A stretch of 63,981 nucleotides of DNA, filler included, from Phoronis australis (GCA_002633005.1; 8 parts of 8 records of this genome joined end to end with filler, not necessarily neighbours in it), one strand, 5' to 3'. Counted from the first letter of the whole stretch, positions 25,480 through 39,252 are shown. The notes: generated by a model from the letters alone, not told the origin. A program made the numbers and translations.

Positions 25480-28394
25480 ACTCTCCAATATGGTGTCAAG
25501 TGGTCAGCTGCAGTAGCGCGTGCGCCTCCGGTCTATAGTATTACAATGTCTAAGGGTGTATCACAGCCCATAAAAATGTCCACTAAGGGGACAGATTACA
25601 TATAACCCAACTGTTAATGGAAAGTGTCGTCACCTCCAGAACAGCAACCCATATGCCAAATTTCAAGAAAACTTGTCAAGGAACTCCAAACATAGAGGTT
25701 AACGTAAAAAAACAAAATTGCCAGCAGGGAGCATAACGATAGCCTAATCCAATCCGTCATGAACATCCATCAAGGGGTTTTGGATAATACAGACAGCAGT
25801 GATAGTTTTCCAAGAAAACCAAATTGGTGAACAAAAATTCCGAGAAACATGCTCACCAATTTCCACTGCCACAATGGTCCCTTGTAAACTATGAATATGA
25901 TGTATCGTATCTAGTCAATGTAAACATGTTAACAACAGCAGCAAGGGTTTTGTGAAACCAAAATATTGAGACAAAATGACTCATAGCAGTAACTAGGTCA
26001 AGCACCGACCAACATCAAAGCATTTAAATCAAGTCTGAAATGAAAGAAATAGAAGTATTTTAAAAGCGCACTCAAACCACTCTCCTCCCAAGGCATTATG
26101 TGCGTCATCACATAAAACAAAGCATGTTAACACTTTTGTCTAAAAACTTTGAGGAAACCCCTTTTAAAAGCCAAAACTTAATTCTAAAAACAGTATTTCT
26201 TCCAAAACAATAACTAGTCAGGGTTTTGTGAAGCTTTACGAGGTTTTCTAGTTTCTCAGGACATCCATGACTCAATGGCCTGCGATAGAATTTAATGACC
26301 CCAACTCAAATTGCTGCTATCCAATTATTTATATAAAACTTCGTGGTCATAGACACTGAACTTTACAGCTTGCAACCAGTTTTCAAATCAGAAAAAAAAT
26401 GCAAGAACAAAATATTAAGTAAGCCTCTCGAACCTTTTACTCTGGAGTCATGGATTGGCATTTGAGTTTATTGTATCTTACACCATCTCTTGCTAACTTC
26501 TTTATCCTTGAGAAGCCAATGGGCTCACATAGCAATTAAAACAAAAAATCTCACTCCTCACTAAATTTTAGTCAAGAATGAAGGCTTGGCTAACAGTTGT
26601 CTCATAAGATTAAACTGAAATTTAACACAGCTTAGTTGATATATTTTATTAGTATGGAAACTAATACCAAGACTTGACTCAAGACTGAATGCCACACAAA
26701 TATCAAAGCTGCATTTTGTCCTGTTTAGCTGCTAAGACAAAAACTCCTTGCTGTGAATAGGACTCTGGGACTCTATTTCTGTTACCAACAAGAATATCAA
26801 AACCCTAAGTAACTGTGACACCCCCACAACGAGGATTTCAAAATGGCCTATGTAGGCATTGCCTTCGACTTGAGTTGCCGGTTCATTCAAGATCGGATGA
26901 GCGTGGGAATGTTTAAAACCTTAACGCATTTGGGCAACGAATTCAACACTGACAGAAGTATACTTGGGAGAAAGCAGATTTAAGCTTGCCACCGAAACTG
27001 AACTGAAGAAATTACATTTTGTATAATGGGCACCAGTTTGCTGTAAATATATATTTGAAAACAGGCATCACAGGAATGGATTCTTTTCCCTACAAAGGAT
27101 TGTTCTGCAAAATACACATTCTTTTCTAACTCAGACACAAAACTGCAGTCACCATTCAAATAAGTAAATAAAGGTTATCCTGGGGTGTTTATCAAGAAGA
27201 AAATAATTCTTCCCTCTAAAACCCATACATAGTACTTCAGTGTTCATTCAAAACTGAAAATTAGAGGTTACCCAAAGGTTACGAATACAAAAGTAGCCAT
27301 ATTAAGTAAGCTTTCGTAATATGATCAGTGAGCACACAATATGAAAGAGGAGTAGGATATAACAGACAAGGAATGAATGCTTTTTAGGACAAAGATGTAT
27401 GTAAGACTGTAACCTTTATCAAACCATTATCTTTCAAGGTAAACTTGTGAATTGAAGGCAAAGGCATACAGTGGATGATCCATTAATGGGAATGGACTTT
27501 TTAAACGACAAAATGACTACAAGACATAATTGGATATAAAAACATTGCCAAAAATTGCAATTGTGTCGCTTTCAGGGGTTTTATCCTACATATGCAAAAT
27601 ATAGGTCAAGTTATAAAAATAAGTTGTTGCCTTGACGGTAAGAAAAACATAACAGTCAATAGACAATTTTTAATATGTGGCTAAGATTGCGCTGGTAATA
27701 AGGTTGAATTTAACTTACTTGTAAGAGTAAAGGATGCCAGAAAAACGAAAATTATTAAGTTTTATTGACAGTTAAGTCTCAACTTGTTGTCCTTTAAGGT
27801 TTTTTGTATATTTTCACTCGACACCAGTCCCCAGCTCCCACTAGTGGCAGGCAAAATACACAGGAGGGTTACCAATCCTACCCCAGGTTAGGTTGGTGGA
27901 CGGACTACTTTTCGAAAAGGAAATTAAAGGGCAACAGGAAATGTAGTTGGTCCACCAACTCCATATGGGGCACAGTAGCTATTCCTCCTGACCGTTTTGC
28001 CAACTGATAGCTATCGCTGGGTGCTGGTGATAACTTTTGAGTGAAAATATACTGAAAAAAGTGAGTTCAACTAAGTTCAGACTTACCTGTCAATATAAAT
28101 TTTCCCTTCTGTGATGTTCAGTAATCATTACTTGGTGAAGTTATTTGACTTTGAATTTCTTAGAAAAAATGCAAAATTTCATTTTTTTCGAAAAATTTAC
28201 GGAATTAGGCGATACCATCAGTTTAGATAGAGTTTTGAACGGGCTTTCAGAAGATGTTTTCTATTTTTCGCTAGGACGTCTACTTTTCGAGTTATTTGAG
28301 ATTTTCTGATAACGCTGTTCCTTTGTTGAGCGCTCTTGCTGCATTGATGTTGGTTTATCTTCTATTGAAGTAGACCATAGCCTATTTCTTATTG

Positions 28395-28705
28395 ATTTAT
28401 GACATCTAAGTTCGTCATATTAATGTTGTGATGTTGTTCATCATCTCCACCACCATCATCATATTTGTCATCATCGTCATCATCTTCGTCATCATCTCCG
28501 TCGTTGTCTTTTCCGTTAATTTCGCCAAGTGTCGCTCAAGACTGTAGCCTTTTTCTTACTGATTTCGGACTTCTACGTTCGTCACATATATGTTATTATT
28601 ACTTCTTTTGTTCATTCTCGCCACCATTGTTGTCATATTCGTCATCATCATTATCGTCATCTTTTTGGTTAATTTCGCCAAGTTTCGCTCCTCGGAGCGC
28701 TTTCA
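28395..28705. repeat. Two diverged tandem units with (TCA/TCG)n low complexity
   Basis: gttaatttcgccaagt.tcgctc occurs near 28515 and 28668, each preceded by tcatcgtca-rich runs. Confidence 0.7.
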
Positions 28706-30844
28706 TTTCTTCTTGTTATACTTAGGACAAAAATTGAAAGGTGATAATTACAGTTTTGACAGTGTATTGATATCCTAATATTCACAGGTAACTGTTATTC
28801 CTTGTATAGTGCATATTGTACTCAATCACAAAGTTGATCGATTGAGCAGGCCCATTACTGGGTCATCACCTATATGACTAAGGCGTCCACAGGCAATGAA
28901 TTGTCAACAGAAAATGAAAATACGGTATACAATGAAGCATGCATTACTCAAAGTGTGAAGCGTGTGACTCACACGCCTCATGTCAAAATCATCAAAAAAT
29001 ACAATGCACCGAAACAAGACTTCAAAACTTTTTGACATGTTATTTGATGCGCGCACCCGGTTTAAAATATGGGGGGGCTTGAATTTCTCGTTATGGGGAC
29101 CTTTTACTGAACAAAATCAATGAGGACTAAACAAAAGAAACGAGGCCACTAGATTCAGGTTTACGAATTGTGCATCTGCGCCCATTTCCTGTGTCCTTTG
29201 TGGACTTTTGTGCCATTAACTTGGATTTTTTTTCATTGAGGCAGACCTTTTTGCCCAATTCACCAAATTGGGGGGGGGCTCAAATGAGCCCCCCTCCCCC
29301 CAGGTGCACCCATGTATTTATTATCAAGTGATAAATAATGGTAAAAGTCTTGTAGTGAAAGCTTGATTAATTTTAGCATAAATAAAGAGGGGACAGGTGA
29401 ACCACTGAAAAAAGTGGGAGCTATAGCCTGCCACCCAGCCCCCTATGGTGCGCCGCCCCTGATCGATTTAGGTATAGTCTGGATACCTATCGTCGTCAGG
29501 TTCCAAAGGTCGTCCGCCATCTTCTTTCGCGTGCAGCGCAGCCACGCGGGACTTAGCGTTCCAATTTGGCATGCTCGTCTGCACGTTAGGTACTAACCTC
29601 TCGGGAGAAACACGCATGGAAGAACTGAGACTAAAACTAATGCATTTACCGACTCTTTTTTTGAGACCACTTAAAAACTTGTAGATTTTACTAATGCACT
29701 TTTTTGTTCATTTTCAGAAGATATTTTCGAAATTAAATTTTCTTCAGAAGGAACAAAAAAACAACTCAGAGATTGTTAATGCAATGTATCAATTTGTCCC
29801 AGGCACTAACAGACACCTGTTAGGCCAAAGAAAAAACGCAGCAGACAAATGGAACACGCTGGGTGCTTAACAGTTTCGGCCCACGCCTTGGTCATCAAAA
29901 CATTGTCCACTTGTTTTTTATTGCAAAACAATGTACTGAGCTCAACATTTATGTTGAAATTTTTGGTTAAAGCATTTTGGATTTATTTGAAGAAAATTAA
30001 AGTACTTGAATTGATAGAGAATGGCCACCAATAAAGTAAAACATTGACTTTATTTCTTTATATTGCAATTGTTACATACAACACAGCATGACATAATCAA
30101 AAATAAAAGAAGAGATTGAGCAATAAAATTCAAATGCAACTTGGGTATTTGTTTATTTTTTATGATTGCAGAAGCCTGTAAAAGAGGAGATAAAATCAAA
30201 CAATACGATTACCGTATGGGTAATTTATTAGAACAATTGTATCGAGGTTCAATGATCAACTTCCGCCGACCAAGTCTCAAAGGGTTACAGTTCTGTTTTG
30301 GCCGACAAGGTGTTAACAGAGAATGAAGAGAAACTGAAAAGAAAAGGAAGGACAGCAGAGATAAGTGGTGTTAAGAAAAACAAGAGCAAAAAGTCAAGTA
30401 AAGAGGTCACAAATAAAAAATGAGTAAGGTCTATCTGGAATAAAACAATTGCGATTTATTTTCCAGAACTGAAATTCTAAATCAATTTAAATCGACTTAA
30501 AAATCGATATCATACTAGTAAAACAGTTTGTGGTTGTAGAGTTAGGAGTCATTATAAAATGGCTGCCGAAAAGCAATGCACAGTTGAACAACTCGGCTTA
30601 AGTAAAAGAAAACGTTTGAATTAACGAATATTAGATATTTGTAAGAGCTAAATCAAATCCTATTCAGAGCATTACTTTGAAATCGAATAATTGGTTGAGT
30701 ACGACAACAAGCCAGTTTTATGCTTAGGCGGACGACCATTGGGTTCCCGAGTATATAGGCCTTCATCCATGTGTGATCCTTTTCGTAGTAGATACGAAGG
30801 ATTGAATAGGAAACCGGCAACTAGACTTTAAACTACACCAAGTA

Positions 30845-33800
30845 ACCACGAAGTGGCTCATCATGGGGAAAGACTGTGAAGAATATTAGAGAAGACATAA
30901 TTGCAAGCCATAAGTTTTCCCAGTGCCAGCCAGATTTCCTTTATTATGCACACGTAAGAACAACGCGAATATTTGATTGCGCTGAGCTTGTCGGTCGTGA
31001 CTCACTCATAGTGAACAGTCACGCAGTCAAGCTGTTGGGTGTATTGCTAGCTCAAAATCAAGACCAATACGTTTTTCAGTACCCATGGTCAAAACACAGC
31101 TAATGAGCCACTTATACCCGCATACATCCTCGTCTGTCGTTTGTGTCGTGTACACAAATTCTAGCCATAAGCACGCCACTGACAATAAACAAGTTTTACT
31201 TTTAGACCCACTGGGCAGCTGGTTTTGTGAAAAAAATCTTCAGTATTCCACTATTTCCACAGCACGATGGTCATTAAACATGTACAGTAACGTTGCAAAT
31301 TTAGAATCCTTACTTACTCACAAATCGATTGTATCACCAGCAGAATATCACTCACGCAAACCTCATCCGCCCACCGAGTGACTGAAAGCTCACTGCGCCA
31401 AGTGCTTACGATCTGTCAAGGCCCGGCAACTGAACATAGCGCGCACCAACTGCAGTAAGAATAGGGGTAGCAGGTCACTGCTAATGGTAAAATGTTTTCA
31501 CTTCTGACATTAGTTTTTTATAAGCGCAATGTGAAGACTAAAAATAATTTTTAAAGTACCTATTTTGAGCTTGTCAAGTGATACTGAGTAGATTAAAACA
31601 GAAAAAAACGACACACCAGGCCTGGTGTAACCTAGACGCTAATAACTTCATCCAGGCTAGTGGGATTTCTATATTGAGCGAGTTTTATGCGGTTCTAGCC
31701 ACAAGCATCTACTAGGTCACCCTCTGCAGTTGGCGATCGCTAAATGTGGCGGCAGACCAACAGAGAAAGTGGGCATGCTGCAACCTCGCGTTGATATTAA
31801 CGGGTTATTGTTCAACGAAAACTCCATACTTCTGAGGTCAGCGTGCTGCAGCCAGAGTCGGGTTCCGATGAGTATGTCACATGATAACACGAACCCTGAG
31901 GGACTCGGACATAAAAGTACTAGTTGCACGGTCATTGTTGTCAATTTTCATGACAGCAATTGTAGCAGCTTATTACGTGATAAATTTCAAATTGCCGGCA
32001 TTACAAATCATTATAGTTCTGAAGTGGGCGTTATATTTGTCGTGTAGTCTAGTCCGTCACAAGAAGACATCAATGGAGTTGTCACGGCTCAGGCTGACTG
32101 TACAGAATTGTTCGATGGTGCAGTAGGTAGAGATATCTTTAGGTAGAGATATCTTTTTGAGTCTGGATAGCAGCAACACAGCTTAAAGTCCTTCTCTCAA
32201 ACTGCCCATGTGGTTCCAGTATCCAAAAATACTTACTACATAAAATCTTATTTTCGACACCCTTTCTTTATATTCTTTTCGCCTTTCTTGCCAAAAGCGA
32301 TTTTTGAACAGTATTTGACCCTTCTCTCTGAGCGTATGATTACCGGTTGTCATCGGTTATTTCCGTACCCACATTTCCGGCTCATCAGTTCAGGAACTTG
32401 TCCTGAAACCCGCTTTTTTTCCTTGTAACTGAATGTGCTATCGCTTGCTCGAAAAGTCTTCATTATTTTGTTTTGTTAGTAATATCTCGTGATTCGTTTG
32501 CATATATAGTGTATTTATAGTTTGTAGTTTGTGGTCGTTGATGTTTTTTGGAATGTTACGCGTACTTAGTATGTTAAAATAGCATTGGTGTTTAGCTCCT
32601 TACGTAGGCCGGTCGAACCTAGGAACCAATATGGGTCGAACCTATTTTTTTCGGTTTTATTTTTTTCTCGTTTTGAAAAAGTAATTTGCTATCATCGGAA
32701 AGGTAGTGCATTCTACTCAGTAAAAATCGAAAAAGTATCAAAATCGGGGCAAGCAGTGTAAAGTTATTGCAAGTTTTGTTTTTGGATCACTTTGTTTGGA
32801 TCGCGTCGGCCATATTGGAGGACAGCGGGATGAGTTACGAGTTTAAAACTTTGTGTAAATTGTTTTCGCCAACAAATTACGGTAAAATTTAGTTAGACAT
32901 ATCTTTACTTACTATTCTGCACGATTTAGCAGTGTTCACCAAATTTCAGCCTCGCAGTTGTTACTCATTAAGTGATAAATGTGCTCACAATTCTCATTAA
33001 TAAAAGTACGAAAAGCTGTAATTAAGTGGAAAATATGTCTAGGATAACCAACCAACCTTATTTTAGCTCAAAATGACATGGAAAAAGGTTGTCTTCGCCT
33101 TTAATGTCTAACGACCTCGATGTTTTCCCGACCTTTTGATGTGGACGACGAGTTCCCACTTGGAGGCTATCTTCTCGGTGCATTCAATCTGATCCGTGGA
33201 TCAACTATATATATATCCATATGCAATGCTTTCTACCAAATTACTAACAGCTTAGTTAGTTCACCTAGATTCGAGGTAAAGTGGAGACGCGGGCTCTTTT
33301 ACGTAAAAATGTCAAGGGGTCTTAGAATCCAAACCAGCCCTGCCCGGTTCCAAGTACAAAGTGCCTTTTATCGGGGGCATTACTCTACATGTGTACAACA
33401 GTACGGCACTGCAACTAATTGCACAGACTGAAACTATATTTTGCACACCGATTTACATTTTCTACAAACGTGTTTTATGTTCCTGTTTTGGAAACTGCAC
33501 CTTTTTTGATAATAAAGTTTTGACAGGGCTATTAATGGAGATAATTCTTAGGCCTCGCTTATATCAATAGTTGCATCAGCCATAACTTTAACTGTTGTTG
33601 TGATCCTTGTGTCTGACTTGCATTTTTACTATCAAAAACGCAAGGAATTCGGGAGAAAAATATTTTGCAGTCAAAAAAGTTTTGTTCTTGGAGAATACCA
33701 CAGCCAATTTTGTTTTACTGCCATGTTTGTTTGATATAGACCATGCTATCTGCTTAATAGAGTCGTAGCCGGAACTAAAATACTCGGGTCTTCCTGTTTT

Positions 33801-33953
33801 AAATAAACACAAATACCTGCACATGTATTTGCTGACATTGCTAACTAGGTGTACGCGAGCCATGGCGGAGGGCTAGAGCCCTATTACTTTGAGTGTTATG
33901 ATCATGCTAAATAAGCATTGGTTGCTACAGTTAGGTCACGCGCACACCGTGCA
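30845..33953 (+). repeat. Copy 1 of a tandemly duplicated segment (blocks 30845-31984 and 33101-33953)
   Basis: Near-identical to 34660-35796 and 36858-37714; duplicate ORFs 33588-33863 and 37349-37624 differ by two residues. Confidence 0.95.
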
Positions 33954-33959
33954 CTAAAA

Positions 33960-34160
33960 TTGCCACTAGGGGGCACACCGGTAGTCGGATCCGTCCGAAA
34001 GTTCGCACATGCCGTCCCATTCATGAATGATACATATGTGCCAAATTTCATGAACGTATGTCAAAGGGTTTTGAGATAGAGCAGCGGACGCCGGACGCCA
34101 CCTGGACGGACGGAGATGACGGCATAATGCGTTCACATATAAATATGTGGGCGCATAAAA
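33960..34160 (+). mobile_element. Helentron/DINE-like non-autonomous element end
   Basis: gccaaatttcatg core, short ggac repeats, subterminal hairpin atgcgttcacat-ataaat-atgtgggcgcat followed by aaaaa. Confidence 0.6.
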
Positions 34161-34659
34161 AGCGGAAATCCGCATTTCCGCGAAAAATTCCAAGCCCTGA
34201 GCACTGGAAATACTTTTCAGCTTTTTGACATTATTTAACATGAACAGAGCATACAAAGTTGATTTAACATGTAGTCTGGAATGATTGATAAATGCTTGCA
34301 CCAAGACAGATTTCAGAAAGCAATGGAGACTGATCACGTGGAAACAATCACCCTTATCACTACCTAGCCATGCCAAGAGATACAACTTCATAGTGAGTGG
34401 CATTGGAGAACATCTGATAGGGGTAGTTATTATTCACAGATGAGATATAGACAGACCTTTTAGGCAATTTGCAATGTTGTTGATAGGCAATGTGTCACCC
34501 CCTCTAGTATGTCATAGGGACTACGCTACACCCGGTCTCTCAATATGTAAGTCCCATGTAGTATAACGGCAGTACGCTAAATTTGGAGTGGGAAGTAAGA
34601 AACTTTCACTTCATTGAAAAAATTCAAAAACTTCAAATGACAATTATACAAGTATTTGN

Positions 34660-37600
34660 ACCAAGAAGTGGTTCATCATGGGGAAAGACTGTGAAGAATA
34701 TTAGAGAAGACATAATTGCAAGCCATAAGTTTTCCCAGTGCCAGCCAAATTTCCTCTATTATGCGTCTATTATGCGCACGTAAGAGCAACGCGAATATTG
34801 TGCTGAGCTTGTCGGTCGTGACTCACTCATAGTGAACAGTCACGCAGTCAAGCTGTTGGGTATATTGCTAGCTCAAAATCAAGACCAATACGTTTTTCAG
34901 TACCCATGGTCAAAACACAGCTAATGAGCCACTTATACCCGCATACATCCTCGTCGTTTGTGTCGTGTACACAAATTCTAGTGATAAGCACGCCACTGAC
35001 AACAAACAAGTTTTACTTTTAGACCCACTGGGCAGCTGCTTTTGTGAAAAAATCTTCAGTATTCCACTATTTCCACAGCACGATGGTCATTAAACATGTA
35101 CAGTAACGTTGCAAATTTAGAATCCTTACTTACTCACAAATCGATTGTATCACCAGCAGAATATGACGCAAACCTCATCCGCCCACCGAGTGACTGAAAG
35201 CTCACTGCGCCAAGTGCTTACGATCTGTCAAGGCCCGGCAACTGAACATGGCGCGCACCAACTGCAGTAAGAATAGGGGTAGCAGGTCACTGCTAATGGT
35301 AAAATGTTGTCACTTCTGACATTAGTTTTTTATAAACGCACTGTGAAAACTGAAAATAGTTTATAAAGTACATATTATGAACTTGTCAAGTGATACTGAG
35401 TAGTTTAAAACAGAAAAAAACGACACACCAGACTTGGTGTAACCTAGACGCTAATAACTTCATCCAGGCTAGTGGGATTTCTATATTGAGCGAGTTTTAT
35501 GCGGTTCTAGCCACAAGCATCTACTAGGTCACCCTCTGCTGTTGGCGATCGCTAGATGTGGCGGCATACCAACAGAGAAAGTGGGCATGCTGCAACCTCG
35601 CGTTGATATTAACGGGTTATTGTTCAACGAAAACTCCATACTTCTGAGGTCAGCGTGCTGCAGCCAGAGTCGGGTTCCGACGAGTATGTCGCATGATAAC
35701 ACGAACCCTGAGGGGCTCGGACATTAAAGTACTAGTTACACGGTCATTGTTGTCAATTTTCATGACAGCAAATGTAGCAGCTTATTACGTGATAAAGTTT
35801 GAATAAGTTTGATTGTTGCATGACGTGTTCAGTCAATTCTCTTCCGTTATGTTTTAATTGCAAATTTCAGGCATGTGTGTACCGAAATTGAAATGCTCAT
35901 TCCAATGAGTTTCACATTTGGTTTCGCAGTTTATTTCATTAACAATGTCTTATTGAGAGGAGCTGCAGCTGTCGTTCATATTCTTCCCGACGTACTGTAT
36001 TGGTGCAGAAGGCCTGTAACCGGTTGGCTTTTACGTGTCCTTGTCAACGAATCCGAGCGGTGTGTTAACTATAACCGCGGGGCCCAAGACTGATTCTGTG
36101 CGCGTAATGAAACATGGATAATAATGTGGAAATCATTTCGTTGAAATTTACTAATTGTATTTGCAGAATGACAGAAGACTTCAACATGCTAAAACTGCCG
36201 CAAAGGTGGACAACAATTTTCGTAGTATTATGCTCTGGTATACAGTTTTGTAAAATGCAGGCTGCTACTGGTTTTAAGTACTGTAATTTCATAACTACCC
36301 ACTGTCTCGACTACACAAGCGCAAGATTCGCCTTCTCAATCTTGCAAGATTCGCCTCTATACTGATTTACGCTAGATTCACCGCCAATGTTACGTAAGAT
36401 TATCCAAGTTATTTCTCGCCAAACAAAATGTCGGTATTTTCACCTTTGGGCTTGCATCTCACTCTCAAACTGGGGAACTAACGCTAGCGCTTGCACTTTT
36501 TTGTATTTTTACAGTTGAACGTCGGTGGTTCAGTAAAGGTCTTCCACGAAACATTGTAATGTTATACGATTATGCAGGTATTCCATGTCAAGGTATTTTT
36601 CAAACAAAAATATTTCCGTCAGCAAGCCTATGGTTACGCCAATTATCAATGTTGTAAACCATCAGCAATGATTTTTCACAAGATTTCTGCATAAGCGTAT
36701 TTGGACTTTGCTGTTTGAGGGAAATGGTGGTTATTTTTTGCCCAAATCCGGGGGTTCAACCGTCAACCCCCAATTGATCGATAATATAAAACCGATTACC
36801 AAGCTGTCTTTCACCGGCTAGATTTGGATAGCTCTGAATGACAAAATCAGTAGATTCTTAATGTCTAACGACCTCGATGTTTTCCCGACCTTTTGATGTG
36901 GACGACGAGTTCCCGCTTGGAGGCTATCTTCTCGGTGCATTCAATCTGATCCGTGGATCAACTATATATATCCATATGCTATGCTTTCTACCACATTACT
37001 AACAGCTTAGTTAGTTCACCTAGATTCGAGGTAAAGTCAGTGGAGACGCGGGCTCTTTTACGTTAAAATGTCAAGGGCTCTTGGAATCCGAACCATCCCT
37101 GCCCGGTTCCAAGTACAAAGTGCCTTTTATCGGGGGCATTACTCTACATGTGTACAACAGTACGGCACTGCAACTAATTGCACAGACTGAAACTCTATAT
37201 TTTGCACACCGATTTACATTTTCTACAAACGTGTTTTGTGTTCCTGTTTTGGAAACTGCACCTTTTTTGATAATAAAGTTTTGACAGGGCTATTAATGGA
37301 GGTAATTCTTATGCCTCGCTTATATCAATAGTTGCATCAGCCATAACTTTAACTGTTGTTGTGATCCTTGTGTCTGACTTGCATTTTTACTATCAAAAAC
37401 GCAAGGAATTCGGGAGAAAAATATTTTGCAGTCAAAAAAGTTTTGTTCTTGGAGAATACCACAGCCAATTTTGTTTTACTGCCATGTTTGTTTGATATAG
37501 ACCATGCTACCTGCTTAATAGACTCGTAGCCGGAACTAAAATACTCGGGTCTTCCTGTTTTAAATAAACACAAATACCTGCACATGTATTTGCTGACATT

Positions 37601-37714
37601 GCTAACTAGGTGTACGCGAGCCATGGCGGAGGGCTAAAGCCCTATTACTTTGAGTGTTATGATCATGCTAAATAAGCATTGGTTGCTACAGTTAGGTCAC
37701 GCGCACACCGTGCA
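34660..37714 (+). repeat. Copy 2 of the duplicated segment
   Basis: Begins right after a single N at 34659; differs from copy 1 by substitutions and small indels. Confidence 0.95.
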
Positions 37715-37867
37715 AACATTACTTTAGACATGAGACTCTTCTGTCCGTCCCCCTTATGTTTAATCCGCCTCTGCCACGATCCGTTTATAAGAGACATCCG
37801 TTTGCTATCCGGCTACGGCGGGCAATCTTTCAGAAAACAAACTCGCCCACAATGAGTCCTTTTTTAA

Positions 37868-38004
37868 CATGGGCGGCGCACCATAGGGGGCTGGATGCTA
37901 TAGCCCCACTTTTTCAGTGCTCCGGCGCTCATAGTCTATGGGTGGTGCACCACAGGGGGCTGGGGGCTATGACCCCCACTTTTTTCAGTGCTGCGCCGCC
38001 CATG
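37868..38004. mobile_element. hAT-like MITE with 13-bp terminal inverted repeats
   Basis: catgggcggcgca ... tgcgccgcccatg; internal unit present twice; related reversed half at about 29403-29460; no TSD visible. Confidence 0.65.
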
Positions 38005-38809
38005 TTGTACCAAGGCACCTTGTCTTACATTGTATACAAAAAGTAATGTGGGTCTTCGGCCCAAATTACACATTCCGTGATGTCATCAAAGACGGAATTA
38101 TCTTTCTCGCATAAATAACAGTGTCGTTTCTGTTAGCCCTCCCAGCGAAATGCTTGCAATAAAAATAAGATAATGTTTCAAATAACATGTTCAGTCTGTG
38201 GTGACAAGAGACTGACGAAGCTTAGCTTTTTAAGTTAATAATAAAAATTGTTATAGTATGTTTTCCTTGTGTCAGTGTGTATTGTAGATGATACTTATCA
38301 ATTAATGTTCACTGTAACTAGAACGCTATTCGTAGTCTTCCGGGTTAGGCGCCCGTGGCACGTGAATTGGAGAACTCAACAATAACGAAATGGACTCTTA
38401 AGCCTTTCTTGAACGATTGTTGGTATTGTTTCATCTTTTTATTCATTTGGATGGTGGTATTAACAAAAGTTAAACTTATCCTGAAAACTTGATTTGATAA
38501 CGACTAGTGATACATGCAGTCTTACGTCACTGCGAGAACAAGGAACAAACAGCGAAGATATGTTCAATGGCCGTTAGTTGTGGTACTGATGAGGGCAGAG
38601 AAAATGCGAGCCAACTCGAAAATATTATGAGGTTTTTGCGCACCAGTGGGTACATTGAATGATTTAGATTTACAAGACAGTGTCTACTGATTAGAACTGT
38701 TCCAACTAGACCGGCAGGCCAGTCAGACAACCTTGGTCGGCTCAACCATGACATAAGTAAGCCGATTTCATAAAAGTGGTTTAACAAAACTTGTTTAAGA
38801 CTTAAACCT

Positions 38810-38970
38810 GGCGTGCGTTCAGTAGACGCTAGGACCTACGCTAGGACCTACGCTAGGACCTAGCTAATGCCTAGTCAAAGTCACGTGTTTTCATTTAAAA
38901 TGCACGGCGATTTCTCACGTAATCGCGCGAAGTCTTGCTTTTTAGCGAGGTCCTAGCGTTACTGAACGGG
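38810..38970. mobile_element. MITE with inverted ends and a 3x cgctaggaccta expansion
   Basis: cgttcagtagacgctaggacct pairs with aggtcctagcgttactgaacg; second copy at 8360-8488. Confidence 0.75.
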
Positions 38971-39252
38971 AGGCAGGTCTAATTTTAGACCTAACTTGCA
39001 TTTTACCAAAATGGTTTAAAAATCTGAGACTCTGGTTTTGTTAGACCATGTAGCGGGTTTGGTAAAACTAGGGTTAAAGTATCCAAGCCGGATTAACCCA
39101 AAAAAGAAACTATTGAAGTGCTTCATTGAGCTTGATCACGTGGGTACACAATGGCACACAGCAGTAGAATAAGTGCAGACATTTGCGAAAAGAGTTAAAA
39201 GCTTTTCTCACGAGGAAATATGTTCCCTCCCGTAACTGATCAGAGAAAATGC

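Noticed and set aside
28087-28120. IFT27 exon 1 (SQKGKFILTG|gtaagt)
   Set aside because: In-frame stop upstream with no ATG.
28465-28778. Ser-rich and hydrophobic ORFs as membrane proteins
   Set aside because: Translations of triplet low-complexity sequence.
29487-29520. IFT27 exon 1 (MADDLWNLTTIG, 34 nt, phase 1)
   Set aside because: Length and phase fit, but the peptide lacks similarity to the IFT27 N-terminal strand and ggcggacgacc recurs near 30727, suggesting a repeat.
38560-38630. Hammerhead core (ctgatgag...cgaaa); also ctgaaga...cgaac near 46554
   Set aside because: Stems I and III cannot be formed convincingly.
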